Shown in pieces: positions 23,481 through 32,000 of a DNA stretch of 32,000 nt. The stretch comes from an uncultured Clostridia bacterium (GTDB lineage: Bacteria; Bacillota; Clostridia; UBA1381). The stretch spans positions 5,518 to 37,517 of the forward strand of contig CANQDD010000009.1 of NCBI GenBank assembly GCA_947591315.1, given 5' to 3'. The notes below the pieces were generated by a model. The model was given only the letters and a program-made list of their open reading frames with translations. It searched no databases and was not told the DNA's origin. The stretch's first letter is position 1, and each line of letters begins with the position of its first letter. The position numbers and the translations under genes were made by a program.

Positions 23481-24818
23481 TTATTCGAGAAATCCTTTGT
23501 AGTGTCTCATCGTCATTTGTGATTCTATCTGTCTTACCGTTTCAAGCGCAACGCCTTCCATAATCAAGAGCGAAGTACCGCCTATCTGTAAGCTGCGCAT
23601 ATTCGGGAATATCGCGCCCACGATTACCGGCAGTATCGCGACAATCGCGAGGAAGAACGCGCCGATAAGGTTAAGTCTCGATGAGATCTTACCTATATAC
23701 TCGCTCGTCGGTCTGCCCGGTCTGATACCCGGAATGTAACCGCCGCTCTTCTTCATGTTGTTCGCAATCTCAATCGGATTGAACTGTATCGACGAATAGA
23801 AGTAGGTGAAGAAGAGTATAAGGAGCGCGTACAGTATCGCGTATACCAAACTCGTCCACCATTCCGACGCAAAGCCCGCGCTCAGGCAGCCGAGGACGTA
23901 ATATCCAAGTCCCGACGAGGGCAGGTTGCCGCCGCTTACAAGTCTTACTATCGTCGCGGGGAACGCCATGATCGACGATGCGAAGATGATAGGCATAACG
24001 CCGCCGGCAGCTACCTTGATAGGAATGTTCGTGCTCTGTCCGCCGTACATCTTACGTCCTACAACGCGCTTCGCGTACTGAACGGGTATTCTGCGCTCCG
24101 CGTCCGAGAAGAATACAACGAACGCTATCGCGGCTATCGCTACGACGATTATCGCCGCAACCGTTATAACGCCGCTTGTCGAAATGCCGCCGCCTATATT
24201 CTGGATATAAACGCTGTAAGCAGCCGACGGGATTCTCGAAACGATACCGGCGAAGATGATAAGCGATACGCCGTTGCCGAGACCCTTTTCCGTGATAAGC
24301 TCACCGAGCCAGATAATAAACGCCGTACCCGCCGTGAACGTGAGCACTATCGTGAAGAACGTAAGCACGCCCGGGTTCTGAATAACAGTCGTGTTGCTGT
24401 TTACGCCCATGTTCCAAAGCGTTACGTACAGTCCCGCGCCCTGTATAAACGCGAGCGCGATACCGAGGTATCTCGTAATCTTGTTTATCTTCTTTCTGCC
24501 CTCAACGCCTTCTTTAGCGAGACGTTCGAGCGACGGTATCGCCACCGTCAAAAGCTGAACGATAATCGACGCGTTAATGTACGGTGACACACCCATTGCC
24601 ATAACGGTCGCGTTCGAGAACGCGCCGCCCGTGAATATATCGAACAGGCTGAACAGGTCTGTGCCGCCCGCGCCGAGAAAGCTCTGCATTGCCTGCGGCT
24701 CAAGAAACGGCACCGGTATGTGTGCGCCGAATCTGAATACGACAAGCATCATAAGTGTGAATAATATTCTGCGTCTTAAGTCAGGGATTTTCCATGCGTT
24801 TCTGAGTGTCTGTAACAC
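23481..24818 (-). CDS. secY: Preprotein translocase subunit SecY
   Basis: Ten-TM pattern; GVSPYINASII, GLGNGVSLIIFAGI. Confidence 0.95.
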   Translation of the reverse strand: MLQTLRNAWKIPDLRRRILFTLMMLVVFRFGAHIPVPFLEPQAMQSFLGAGGTDLFSLFDIFTGGAFSNATVMAMGVSPYINASIIVQLLTVAIPSLERLAKEGVEGRKKINKITRYLGIALAFIQGAGLYVTLWNMGVNSNTTVIQNPGVLTFFTIVLTFTAGTAFIIWLGELITEKGLGNGVSLIIFAGIVSRIPSAAYSVYIQNIGGGISTSGVITVAAIIVVAIAAIAFVVFFSDAERRIPVQYAKRVVGRKMYGGQSTNIPIKVAAGGVMPIIFASSIMAFPATIVRLVSGGNLPSSGLGYYVLGCLSAGFASEWWTSLVYAILYALLILFFTYFYSSIQFNPIEIANNMKKSGGYIPGIRPGRPTSEYIGKISSRLNLIGAFFLAIVAILPVIVGAIFPNMRSLQIGGTSLLIMEGVALETVRQIESQMTMRHYKGFLE

Positions 24819-24819
24819 T

Positions 24820-25260
24820 TTACATCACCTCTGCCTTTCCGCCCGCCTTTTCTATTTTTTCCTTCGCGGACGCGCTCATCTTAGCAACCTTTACGTTAAG
24901 CTTCTTTGTGAGCTCGCCTCTGCCGAGGATTTTAACGCCGTCGAGTGTCTTGCTGATGATACCGTTCTCCTTGAGTACCTCAGCCGTTACCTCCGTACCG
25001 TCGTCGAGCTTGTTAAGCTCCTCGACGTTGACGGCTACATACTGCTTAGCAAATATATTCTTAAAGCCGCGCTTCGGGAGGCGTCTGTAAAGGGGCATCT
25101 GACCGCCTTCAAAGCCCGGTCTTACACCGCCGCCGCTTCTGGCGTTCTGTCCCTTGTGTCCCTTACCCGAAGTTTTACCTGTGCCGCTTCCGATGCCTCT
25201 GCCCACTCTCTTGGGAGCAAACTTTGAGCCTTCGGCGGGCTTGAGTTCGTTTAAGTTCAT
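24820..25260 (-). CDS. rplO: 50S ribosomal protein L15
   Basis: [10 protein letters not shown]...[21 protein letters not shown]. Confidence 0.95.
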   Translation of the reverse strand: MNLNELKPAEGSKFAPKRVGRGIGSGTGKTSGKGHKGQNARSGGGVRPGFEGGQMPLYRRLPKRGFKNIFAKQYVAVNVEELNKLDDGTEVTAEVLKENGIISKTLDGVKILGRGELTKKLNVKVAKMSASAKEKIEKAGGKAEVM

Positions 25261-25280
25261 TATTGCCGCACCTCCTTGTA

Positions 25281-25460
25281 TTAAACTTCTTCAACTGTTA
25301 CAAGGTGCGAAACCTTGTTTACCATACCTCTTATCTGAGGCGTGTCGTTATGTTCAACGACGCTTCTTATCTTCTTAAGTCCGAGAGCCTCAACCGTCGC
25401 AATCTGATCCTTTTTTCTGCCGATTGTGCTTCTGACTAAAGTAATCTTAAGCTTAGCCAT
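25281..25460 (-). CDS. rpmD: 50S ribosomal protein L30 (not in the ORF track; read manually)
   Basis: The reverse-strand translation is [59 protein letters not shown] followed by a stop. Confidence 0.9.
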   Translation of the reverse strand: MAKLKITLVRSTIGRKKDQIATVEALGLKKIRSVVEHNDTPQIRGMVNKVSHLVTVEEV

Positions 25461-25474
25461 TGTGCGAGCCCTCC

Positions 25475-25978
25475 TTAACCTCTGATTTCCTCGGGGTTCT
25501 TGCCGCGAAGTCTTGCAACCTCGTTAAGCTCCTTAAGCTCCGCAAGTCCCTGAACCGTAGCGCTTACTACGTTTCTCTTGTTGTTCGAGCGTAAGCTCTT
25601 TGCGCGGATATCCTTAATTCCCGCAAGCTCCAGTACGGCACGCGCCGCGCCGCCCGCGATAACTCCGGTACCCTGTGAAGCAGGCTTTAAGAGAACCTTG
25701 CCCGCGCCGTGTATACCTATAACCTCGTGAGGTATCGTCGTACCTACCAGAGGAACAGTTATCATATTCTTCTTTGCGCTGTCTATTCCCTTTCTTATAG
25801 CGTCGGGAATTTCGGCAGCCTTGCCTTGTCCGTAGCCTACGTGACCGTTTCTGTCGCCGACAACAACAAGCGCGGTAAATCTCATAGTACGACCGCCCTT
25901 AACCGTCTTTGCAACACGGTTCAAAGCTACAACATTTTCTTCAAGCTCTACAGCTTCAGTATCAAATATTTCAGCCAC
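25475..25978 (-). CDS. rpsE: 30S ribosomal protein S5
   Basis: [27 protein letters not shown]. Confidence 0.95.
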   Translation of the reverse strand: MAEIFDTEAVELEENVVALNRVAKTVKGGRTMRFTALVVVGDRNGHVGYGQGKAAEIPDAIRKGIDSAKKNMITVPLVGTTIPHEVIGIHGAGKVLLKPASQGTGVIAGGAARAVLELAGIKDIRAKSLRSNNKRNVVSATVQGLAELKELNEVARLRGKNPEEIRG

Positions 25979-25995
25979 TTAATTTGACCTCCTTC

Positions 25996-26355
25996 TTAGA
26001 ATTCCAGGCCGCCCTCTCTTGCGCCTTCCGCAAGAGCGGCAACTCTGCCGTGATATACATATCCGCCTCTGTCGAATACAACCGCTTTAATGCCTGCCGC
26101 AAGCGCCTTTTCAGCAACCTTTTTGCCTACTTCCTTGGCGCCGTCGATGTTGCCGCCGTATCCGTTAAAATCCTTGTCCATGCTTGACGCAGCCACGAGC
26201 GTTACGCCCTTTGTATCGTCAATCACCTGCGCGTATATGTGCTTAGCACTTCTGAATACGTTAAGACGGGGTCTTTCCGCCGTTCCGGAGATGTTCTTTC
26301 TAACTCTCTGATGACGACGTACTCTTGCCGCTTTCTTATCTACCATTTTAATCAT
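25996..26355 (-). CDS. rplR: 50S ribosomal protein L18
   Basis: [34 protein letters not shown]. Confidence 0.95.
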   Translation of the reverse strand: MIKMVDKKAARVRRHQRVRKNISGTAERPRLNVFRSAKHIYAQVIDDTKGVTLVAASSMDKDFNGYGGNIDGAKEVGKKVAEKALAAGIKAVVFDRGGYVYHGRVAALAEGAREGGLEF

Positions 26356-26376
26356 TTAAGAACACACTCCTTTCAA

Positions 26377-26925
26377 TTATTTCTTCTTGGCGCCGGTCTT
26401 GCCTTCCTTGCGTCTGATATGCTCGTTCAGGTACTTGATACCCTTGCCCTTGTACGGCTCGGGCTGTCTGAACTCGCGTATCTTCGCGGCGGTTGCGCCG
26501 ACGTCCTCTTTGTTCGCGCCCTTAACGATAATTCTGTTGGGGGCGGGAACCTCTATCGTTATTCCCTCTTTTGCCTCGTAAATTACGGGGTGTGAGTAGC
26601 CGAGGCTCAAATTGAGCGCCTTGCCCTGCATAGCGGCTCTGTAACCTACGCCGTTGATTTCGAGCTCCTTCGTCCAGCCCTCGGTTACGCCTACGACCAT
26701 GTTGTTTATGAGCGTTCTCGTAAGTCCATGCAAAGCCTTGTGCTCCTTGTCCTCCGACGGACGCTCGACGGTTATAACGCCGCCCTCGTTTTTAACGATC
26801 ATGTCGGGGTGGAGCGTTCTCGTGAGAGTGCCGTTCTTGCCCTTAACCGTTATCTCGTTGTTTTCACCGATCTTTACCTCAACTCCGGCAGGAACGGTGA
26901 TAGGCAGTCTACCTATTCTTGACAT
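26377..26925 (-). CDS. rplF: 50S ribosomal protein L6
   Basis: [17 protein letters not shown]...GVGYRA...LGYSHPV. Confidence 0.95.
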   Translation of the reverse strand: MSRIGRLPITVPAGVEVKIGENNEITVKGKNGTLTRTLHPDMIVKNEGGVITVERPSEDKEHKALHGLTRTLINNMVVGVTEGWTKELEINGVGYRAAMQGKALNLSLGYSHPVIYEAKEGITIEVPAPNRIIVKGANKEDVGATAAKIREFRQPEPYKGKGIKYLNEHIRRKEGKTGAKKK

Positions 26926-27001
26926 TAAATTGTCCTCCTAACTTAAATTTTCTTAGCTTTGTAAGTTTTCAGTTACTTTTTCTTTGCGGAATTTACCTGC
27001 G

Positions 27002-27125
27002 AAAATCATTTCTTTGCGATGGATTTTTTTGCCGTTCAAGGCAGAGCGGCGAAGGCAGTACTCGCGTACGGCGAGCCGTCTCTAACGCAGAACGACGGAA
27101 AAAGACGCGCAAAGACCATGATTTT
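27002..27125. repeat. 124-bp GC-rich hairpin element bounded by an inverted repeat, directly abutting the rpsH stop codon
   Basis: The arm AAAATCAT-tt-CTTTGCG (27002-27018) pairs with CGCAAAG-acc-ATGATTTT (27108-27125). The interior holds CCGTC/GACGG and CTCGC/GCGAG hairpins. Confidence 0.6.
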
Positions 27126-27524
27126 CTACCAAACAAAAGCGAGTACTTCTCCGCCTATGTTTTGCTTTCTCGCTTCCTTGTCTGTCATAATGCCCTTCGA
27201 TGTGGAGATTATCGCGATACCGAGACCCTTCAATACTCTCGGAAGCTCCGCGGCGCCGGCGTAAATTCTAAGACCGGGCTTTGAAACTCTCTTTATACCG
27301 CTTATAACCTTTTCCTTGTTGGGGCTGTACTTCAGCGTAATTCTGATAACGCCCTGCTTGCCGTCCTCAATTACCTGAAAGTCCTTTATATAACCCTCGT
27401 CGAGAAGTATCTGCGTTATCGCCTTCTTCATGTTTGAAGCGGGCACGTCAACGCTTTCGTGTCTTGACGAGTTTGCATTTCTGATTCTTGTAAGCAAATC
27501 TGCAATGGGATCAGTAATCTGCAT
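27126..27524 (-). CDS. rpsH: 30S ribosomal protein S8
   Basis: [13 protein letters not shown]...[18 protein letters not shown]. Confidence 0.95.
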   Translation of the reverse strand: MQITDPIADLLTRIRNANSSRHESVDVPASNMKKAITQILLDEGYIKDFQVIEDGKQGVIRITLKYSPNKEKVISGIKRVSKPGLRIYAGAAELPRVLKGLGIAIISTSKGIMTDKEARKQNIGGEVLAFVW

Positions 27525-27586
27525 TATATTTACCTCCTTAACCTGTTACAGCTTTCCGCTCGCGCGGAGTTCTGTAATACTTATCT

Positions 27587-27772
27587 TTACCAGCTTGCCT
27601 TTCTTACGCCGGGAATCTGGCCCTTGTACGCAAGCTCTCTGAAGCAGATACGGCAAATGCCGAACTTACGAAGGTAAGCGTGCGGACGGCCGCAAATCTT
27701 ACATCTCGTATAAGCCTGTGTCGAATACTTCGGCTTTCTCTGCTGCTTTAATATCATAGCTTTTCTTGCCAT
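27587..27772 (-). CDS. rpsN: 30S ribosomal protein S14, type Z (zinc-binding, 61 aa)
   Basis: [38 protein letters not shown]. Confidence 0.95.
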   Translation of the reverse strand: MARKAMILKQQRKPKYSTQAYTRCKICGRPHAYLRKFGICRICFRELAYKGQIPGVRKASW

Positions 27773-27791
27773 TGTCTTTCCTCCCCTTTAA

Positions 27792-28331
27792 TTATGAACG
27801 GAACGGTGCGCCGAGAAGCGTAAGAAGCTCTCTTGCTTCCTCGTCCGTCTTTGCGGTTGTAACAATGTTTATATCCATACCTCTGATCTTGTCAATCTTG
27901 TCGTAGTCGATCTCGGGGAATATAAGCTGTTCTCTAACGCCCACGCTGTAGTTGCCTCTGCCGTCGAAACCGTTGGGGTTAATGCCTCTAAAGTCACGAA
28001 CTCTGGGGAGAGCGACATTGAAAAATCTGTCGAGGAACTCGTACATCTTATCGGATCTCAGCGTTACCTTAACGCCGATGTTCATGCCCTCTCTCAGTTT
28101 AAAGTTTGCGACCGACTTCTTTGCCTTTGTAACTATCGGCTTCTGACCCGTGATTGCCGCGAGGTCGTTTGTTGCGGCTTCGATAGCCTTGGGGTTGTCC
28201 TTCGCCTCACCCATACCGATATTTATTACAATCTTGTTGAGCTTTGGTATCTGCATTACGCTTTTGTAACCAAACTTCTCCATAAGAGCCGGAGCAACTT
28301 CCTTAGTGTATTTATCCTGCATTCTACTCAT
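27792..28331 (-). CDS. rplE: 50S ribosomal protein L5
   Basis: [27 protein letters not shown]...[16 protein letters not shown]. Confidence 0.95.
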   Translation of the reverse strand: MSRMQDKYTKEVAPALMEKFGYKSVMQIPKLNKIVINIGMGEAKDNPKAIEAATNDLAAITGQKPIVTKAKKSVANFKLREGMNIGVKVTLRSDKMYEFLDRFFNVALPRVRDFRGINPNGFDGRGNYSVGVREQLIFPEIDYDKIDKIRGMDINIVTTAKTDEEARELLTLLGAPFRS

Positions 28332-28358
28332 AATTAGAATTTTCCTCCTCTCTTATAA

Positions 28359-28682
28359 TCAGTCGTTGAGTTCAGCGTCGCACTTCTTGCAATATCTGAC
28401 CTTACCGCCGTCAGCAAGAATTCTAACGCCTGTTCTCGCAGCCTTGCCGCACTTGGGACATACTCTCATGACGTTTGAAGCGTCAATGGGCATTTCCTTG
28501 TGGATAATACCGCTTTCCTGACCCTGAACTCTCGCCTTCTGGTGTCTTTTCGCTACCGCGATACCCTCAACGATCACCTTGTTCTTCGCGGGAATAGCCT
28601 CGATTATCTTGCCCTCGCGTCCCTTATCCTTACCGGCGATAACCTGTACAATATCGCCTCTTTTTACGTGCATCTTCTTCAT
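28359..28682 (-). CDS. rplX: 50S ribosomal protein L24, with a CxxC...CxxC motif in the C-terminal part
   Basis: KOW motif HVKRGDIVQVIAGKDKGREGKI; CPKCG...CKKCD. Confidence 0.95.
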   Translation of the reverse strand: MKKMHVKRGDIVQVIAGKDKGREGKIIEAIPAKNKVIVEGIAVAKRHQKARVQGQESGIIHKEMPIDASNVMRVCPKCGKAARTGVRILADGGKVRYCKKCDAELND

Positions 28683-28705
28683 AGTATCAATTATCCTCCT
28701 TACAA

Positions 28706-29074
28706 TTAAAGAACTTCCGGAGCCAATGATAATATCTTCATGTACTCTTTATCTCTTAACTCTCTTGCAACGGGGCCGAAGATACGTGTACCTCTCGGGT
28801 TTTTGTCGTCTCTTACGATAACCGCGGCGTTCTCGTCAAAACGAATGTACGAGCCGTCCGGTCTCTTTGAAGCGTTTACGCTTCTAACGACAACCGCCTT
28901 TACGACGTCGCCCTTCTTTACGACGCCGCCCGGCGCAGCCTTCTTGACCGAGCAGATTATCTCATCGCCGACAGCGGCATATCTCTTTCTGCTGCCGCCC
29001 ATAACTCTGATACACATAACTTCCTTGGCGCCTGTGTTGTCAGCCACCTTCAAAAGTGTTTGTTGTTGAATCAT
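28706..29074 (-). CDS. rplN: 50S ribosomal protein L14
   Basis: [28 protein letters not shown]. Confidence 0.95.
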   Translation of the reverse strand: MIQQQTLLKVADNTGAKEVMCIRVMGGSRKRYAAVGDEIICSVKKAAPGGVVKKGDVVKAVVVRSVNASKRPDGSYIRFDENAAVIVRDDKNPRGTRIFGPVARELRDKEYMKILSLAPEVL

Positions 29075-29120
29075 GTTTTTACCTCCTCTATCGCTGTCCG
29101 ATAGTATAACAGTTGAAAAA

Positions 29121-29378
29121 TTACTTTACCTTTTCAACAATCTCGACCAATCTCCATCTCTTATCCTTAGACAAAGGTCTTGTCTCCATAACCTTTACCT
29201 TGTCGCCGACGGAGCATGTATTCTCCTCGTCATGCGCCTTAAGCTTGTAGGTGCTTTTTACAACCTTGCCATAAAGCGGATGCTTTTTATTCTCTTCGAT
29301 AGCAACAACGATTGTCTTATCCATCTTGTTGCTTATAACCTTACCGATTTTAACCTTACGGCTGTTTCTTTCTTCCAC
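29121..29378 (-). CDS. rpsQ: 30S ribosomal protein S17
   Basis: [26 protein letters not shown]...HPLYGK. I chose the GTG at 29378, with a GGAGG RBS 9 nt upstream, over the ATG at 29414, which has no RBS. Confidence 0.9.
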   Translation of the reverse strand: MEERNSRKVKIGKVISNKMDKTIVVAIEENKKHPLYGKVVKSTYKLKAHDEENTCSVGDKVKVMETRPLSKDKRWRLVEIVEKVK

Positions 29379-29432
29379 AGATAAGTGCCTCCTTCCGCAC
29401 AATTTCAATATCAAATGTTCTATCTGCTCTTA

Positions 29433-29636
29433 TTACAGCTCGATACCCTGCAATTCTCTTTCATGAATGATGGTCAAAATACGAGCGATAGTTTTCTTTA
29501 CCTCGCCTATCCTCTTCGGATTGTCGAGCTGGTTGATAGCGTGCTGAAATCTCAGATTGAAAAGCTCCTGCTTGCTGTCAGCCAATTTTTCTTCAAGTTC
29601 AGCCGTTGATAAATCTCTAAGCTCATTTACTTTCAT
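29433..29636 (-). CDS. rpmC: 50S ribosomal protein L29
   Basis: [27 protein letters not shown]. Confidence 0.95.
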   Translation of the reverse strand: MKVNELRDLSTAELEEKLADSKQELFNLRFQHAINQLDNPKRIGEVKKTIARILTIIHERELQGIEL

Positions 29637-29638
29637 TC

Positions 29639-30061
29639 TTATTCACCATCCTCCGCCTGTTTCGTCACAAACTTACACTTGATAGGAAGCTTGTGCATAG
29701 CGAGACGCATAGCCTCTCTTGCAACTTCCTCGCTTACGCCTGCCATCTCGAACAGAACTCTGCCGGGCTTTACTACGGCTACCCAGTACTCGGGCGAGCC
29801 CTTACCTGAACCCATTCGTGTTTCTGCGGGTTTTCTCGTTACAGGCTTGTCGGGGAATATCTTTATCCATACCTGACCGCCTCTGCGCGTATATCTCGTC
29901 ATGGCGATACGGGCTGCTTCTATCTGTCTTGAAGTGATCCATGCCGGCTCCAATGCCTGAAGTCCATACTGACCGTATGTTACCACGTTGCCGCGTGTTG
30001 CCTTACCCTTCATTCTGCCGCGCATAACTCTTCTGTACTTTACTCTCTTAGGCAATAACAT
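29639..30061 (-). CDS. rplP: 50S ribosomal protein L16
   Basis: [24 protein letters not shown]. Its start overlaps the rpsC stop (TAATG). Confidence 0.95.
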   Translation of the reverse strand: MLLPKRVKYRRVMRGRMKGKATRGNVVTYGQYGLQALEPAWITSRQIEAARIAMTRYTRRGGQVWIKIFPDKPVTRKPAETRMGSGKGSPEYWVAVVKPGRVLFEMAGVSEEVAREAMRLAMHKLPIKCKFVTKQAEDGE

Positions 30062-30816
30062 TATGCTCTGCCTCCCTTCGGTCTTCTGTCGCCGCGATCC
30101 TCACGGTTTCCGCGTCTGCGGCCATCACGTCTCGAATTTTCGGCAGCCTTTGCCTGAGCTTCGGCTTCCTTTCTTCTGCCGTCGGCAACGTTGAGGATCT
30201 CACCCTTGTATATCCATACCTTTACGCCGAGGATACCGTATGTGGTGTGCGCCTCCGCGAAGCCGTAGTCTATATCGGCTCTCAAGGTCTGCAGGGGGAT
30301 CGTTCCCTCGTGATACTGCTCTGTTCTCGCGATTTCCGCGCCGCCTACACGACCGGCAACCGCCGTCTTGATACCCTTAACGCCGAGGCGCATGGCTCTG
30401 CCCATAACCTGCTTCATAGCACGTCTGAACGAGATACGTCTCTCAAGCTGCGCCGCGATGTTCTCCGCAACGAGCTGCGCGTTTGTATCGGGAGTCTTAA
30501 CCTCCATGATGTTTACGTTTACAGTTTTCTTTACAAGTTTCTCAATCTGTGCCTTAAGCTTGTCAATCTCCGCGCCGCCGCGTCCGATAATGATACCCGG
30601 CTTCGCCGCGTGGATAGTGATGAATACTCTGTTCTGCTTTCTCTCTATGCCTATCTTCGCAACGCCCGCGTCATAGCAAGCCTTCTTGACATACTTTCTT
30701 ATTTTATAGTCCTCAACCAACTGGTCGCCGAAATCCTTCTTTCCGGCAATCCACTTGGAATCCCAGTCCTTAATAACTCCGACTCTCAAGCCGTGGGGAT
30801 TTACCTTCTGTCCCAT
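30061..30816 (-). CDS. rpsC: 30S ribosomal protein S3 with an Arg/Gly/Asp-rich C-terminal tail
   Basis: [13 protein letters not shown]...[31 protein letters not shown]. Confidence 0.95.
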   Translation of the reverse strand: MGQKVNPHGLRVGVIKDWDSKWIAGKKDFGDQLVEDYKIRKYVKKACYDAGVAKIGIERKQNRVFITIHAAKPGIIIGRGGAEIDKLKAQIEKLVKKTVNVNIMEVKTPDTNAQLVAENIAAQLERRISFRRAMKQVMGRAMRLGVKGIKTAVAGRVGGAEIARTEQYHEGTIPLQTLRADIDYGFAEAHTTYGILGVKVWIYKGEILNVADGRRKEAEAQAKAAENSRRDGRRRGNREDRGDRRPKGGRA

Positions 30817-30835
30817 GAATGAACCTCCTTCTCGA

Positions 30836-31174
30836 TTAGTTTTCCTGTTCCTTCAATACTAAGGTGATATGGCTGGTTCTCTTTAAAATCTTAAACGCTC
30901 TGCCCTGTGCGTGGGGCTGTATTCTCTTTAAAGTAGGACCCTGCGTCGCGAAACACTCGGCGACGTACAGCTTGTCTTTATCCATATCATGATTGTTCTC
31001 CGCGTTAGCCTCAGCCGACGCGAGAAGCTTCAGTAAAAGCTCGCTCGCGGCCTTCGGGGTGTTGTTCAAAATACCCTTGGCAACGGGAACCGGCTTGTTT
31101 CTTATAAGATCAAGCACTATCTTCACCTTTCTCGGTGAAATACGAGCATATCTTAAGATTGCGCGTGCTTCCAT
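30836..31174 (-). CDS. rplV: 50S ribosomal protein L22
   Basis: [18 protein letters not shown]...[26 protein letters not shown]. Confidence 0.95.
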   Translation of the reverse strand: MEARAILRYARISPRKVKIVLDLIRNKPVPVAKGILNNTPKAASELLLKLLASAEANAENNHDMDKDKLYVAECFATQGPTLKRIQPHAQGRAFKILKRTSHITLVLKEQEN

Positions 31175-31259
31175 GTGTGGATTCCTCCTTTTTGCAATAA
31201 TTGTAACGGGAATAATTCCCTGTTTTCTTTTAATTTACTGTGCAATCGGCGTGTCAAAA

Positions 31260-31532
31260 TTATTTGCTTGTTTTTGCACCGGCGTGACCTTTGTAAGTCC
31301 TTGTCGGAGCAAACTCGCCGAGTCTGTGACCTACCATATCCTCGCTGATATATACGGGGACGTGCTTTCTGCCGTCATGCACCGCGATTGTGTGACCAAC
31401 CATTTCAGGGAAAATTGTGGAAGCTCTCGACCATGTTTTAACGACCTTCTTTTCGTTTGCCGCGTTCATAGCCTCAATTCTGCTCATAAGACGCTCTTCA
31501 ACGAAGGGGCCCTTTTTAAGTGATCTGCCCAT
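31260..31532 (-). CDS. rpsS: 30S ribosomal protein S19
   Basis: [12 protein letters not shown]...[36 protein letters not shown]. Confidence 0.95.
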   Translation of the reverse strand: MGRSLKKGPFVEERLMSRIEAMNAANEKKVVKTWSRASTIFPEMVGHTIAVHDGRKHVPVYISEDMVGHRLGEFAPTRTYKGHAGAKTSK

Positions 31533-31567
31533 TAAATCTTCCTCCTTTCAAATTCTTTCTTAATTTA

Positions 31568-32000
31568 TTACTTGCCGTCGCGTGAGCGAACGATGAACTT
31601 ATCGGTTCTGGAATTCTTTCTCGTCTTAAGACCGAGTGCCGGCTTACCCCACGGAGTAACAGGCGACGGACGGCCGATAGGCGACTTACCTTCACCACCG
31701 CCGTGCGGGTGGTCGTTCGGGTTCATGACAACGCCTCGAACGGTCGGTCTCCAGCCCATGTGACGCTTTCTGCCCGCCTTACCGATGGACATGTTGCTGT
31801 GTTCCTGGTTTCCTATAATACCGATTGTGGCTTTGCAGTCAAGTCTTACCATTCTAACCTCGCCTGAAGGGAGCTTAACCTGCGCGTACTTGCCTTCCTT
31901 AGCCATAAGCTGCGCGCTTACGCCCGCGCTTCTTACGAGCTGTGCGCCCTTGCCCGGGTAAAGCTCAACGTTGTGAATGAGCGTACCAACGGGAATATCC
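31568..32000 (-). CDS. rplB: 50S ribosomal protein L2; C-terminal part, N-terminus beyond the window edge
   Basis: [48 protein letters not shown]. The reading frame stays open upstream of the ATG at 31906 to the window end ([20 protein letters not shown]). Confidence 0.95.
   Translation of the reverse strand, partial: DIPVGTLIHNVELYPGKGAQLVRSAGVSAQLMAKEGKYAQVKLPSGEVRMVRLDCKATIGIIGNQEHSNMSIGKAGRKRHMGWRPTVRGVVMNPNDHPHGGGEGKSPIGRPSPVTPWGKPALGLKTRKNSRTDKFIVRSRDGK

Noticed and set aside
24577-25227. 216-aa plus-strand ORF across secY and rplO
   Set aside because: It is antisense to two universally conserved genes and spans their junction. Spurious.
26919-27284. 121-aa and 81-aa plus-strand ORFs across the rpsH-rplF spacer
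   Set aside because: They are antisense to the ribosomal operon and run into rpsH. No RBS.
1-32000. Search for a defence system, prophage, integrative element or toxin-antitoxin pair
   Set aside because: Every sizeable ORF is accounted for by a recognisable housekeeping, envelope or ribosomal function. No integrase, transposase, nuclease/helicase/ATPase cassette or tRNA attachment site was seen.

Overview
This looks like a chromosomal window from a Gram-positive anaerobe. The Clostridia-like assignment is my inference, based on an SLH-domain enzyme, type-Z S14, a KOW gene between map and infA, and gene order. Positions 18.2-32 kb (minus strand) hold the conserved S10-spc-alpha supercluster: rplB (cut by the window edge), rpsS, rplV, rpsC, rplP, rpmC, rpsQ, rplN, rplX, rplE, rpsN, rpsH, rplF, rplR, rpsE, rpmD, rplO, secY, adk, map, a KOW protein, infA, rpmJ, rpsM, rpsK, rpsD, rpoA and rplQ. 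Positions 0-18 kb carry housekeeping and envelope genes: araD (partial), a zinc-ribbon membrane protein, a cytidylate-kinase-like protein, an SLH-GH5 endoglucanase, an M14 peptidase, aldo/keto reductase gpr, a metal ABC permease and ATPase, a 42-aa ORF, type II isocitrate dehydrogenase, a sensor with a degenerate GGDEF plus an EAL domain, HtrA, polA and a metal-binding lipoprotein. I found no defence island, toxin, transposase or recombinase, CRISPR array, tRNA or rRNA, and no convincing novel protein-coding system. The unusual content is non-coding. (1) A 13-mer, GGGGACACTAAAA, occurs seven times within 2.7 kb, as facing tandem dimers that bracket a two-gene cassette. (2) Three intergenic clusters of modular GC hairpins share modules in both orientations, with loop-only differences and one compensatory stem change. 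(3) A promoter-proximal leader closed by a 14-bp inverted repeat, with a terminator, precedes the 42-aa ORF. (4) A C-rich structured RNA candidate lies downstream of htrA. (5) Two atypically long structured spacers sit inside the ribosomal operons, one bounded by an inverted repeat. All homology calls are from reading the translated ORFs by eye; no searches were run.
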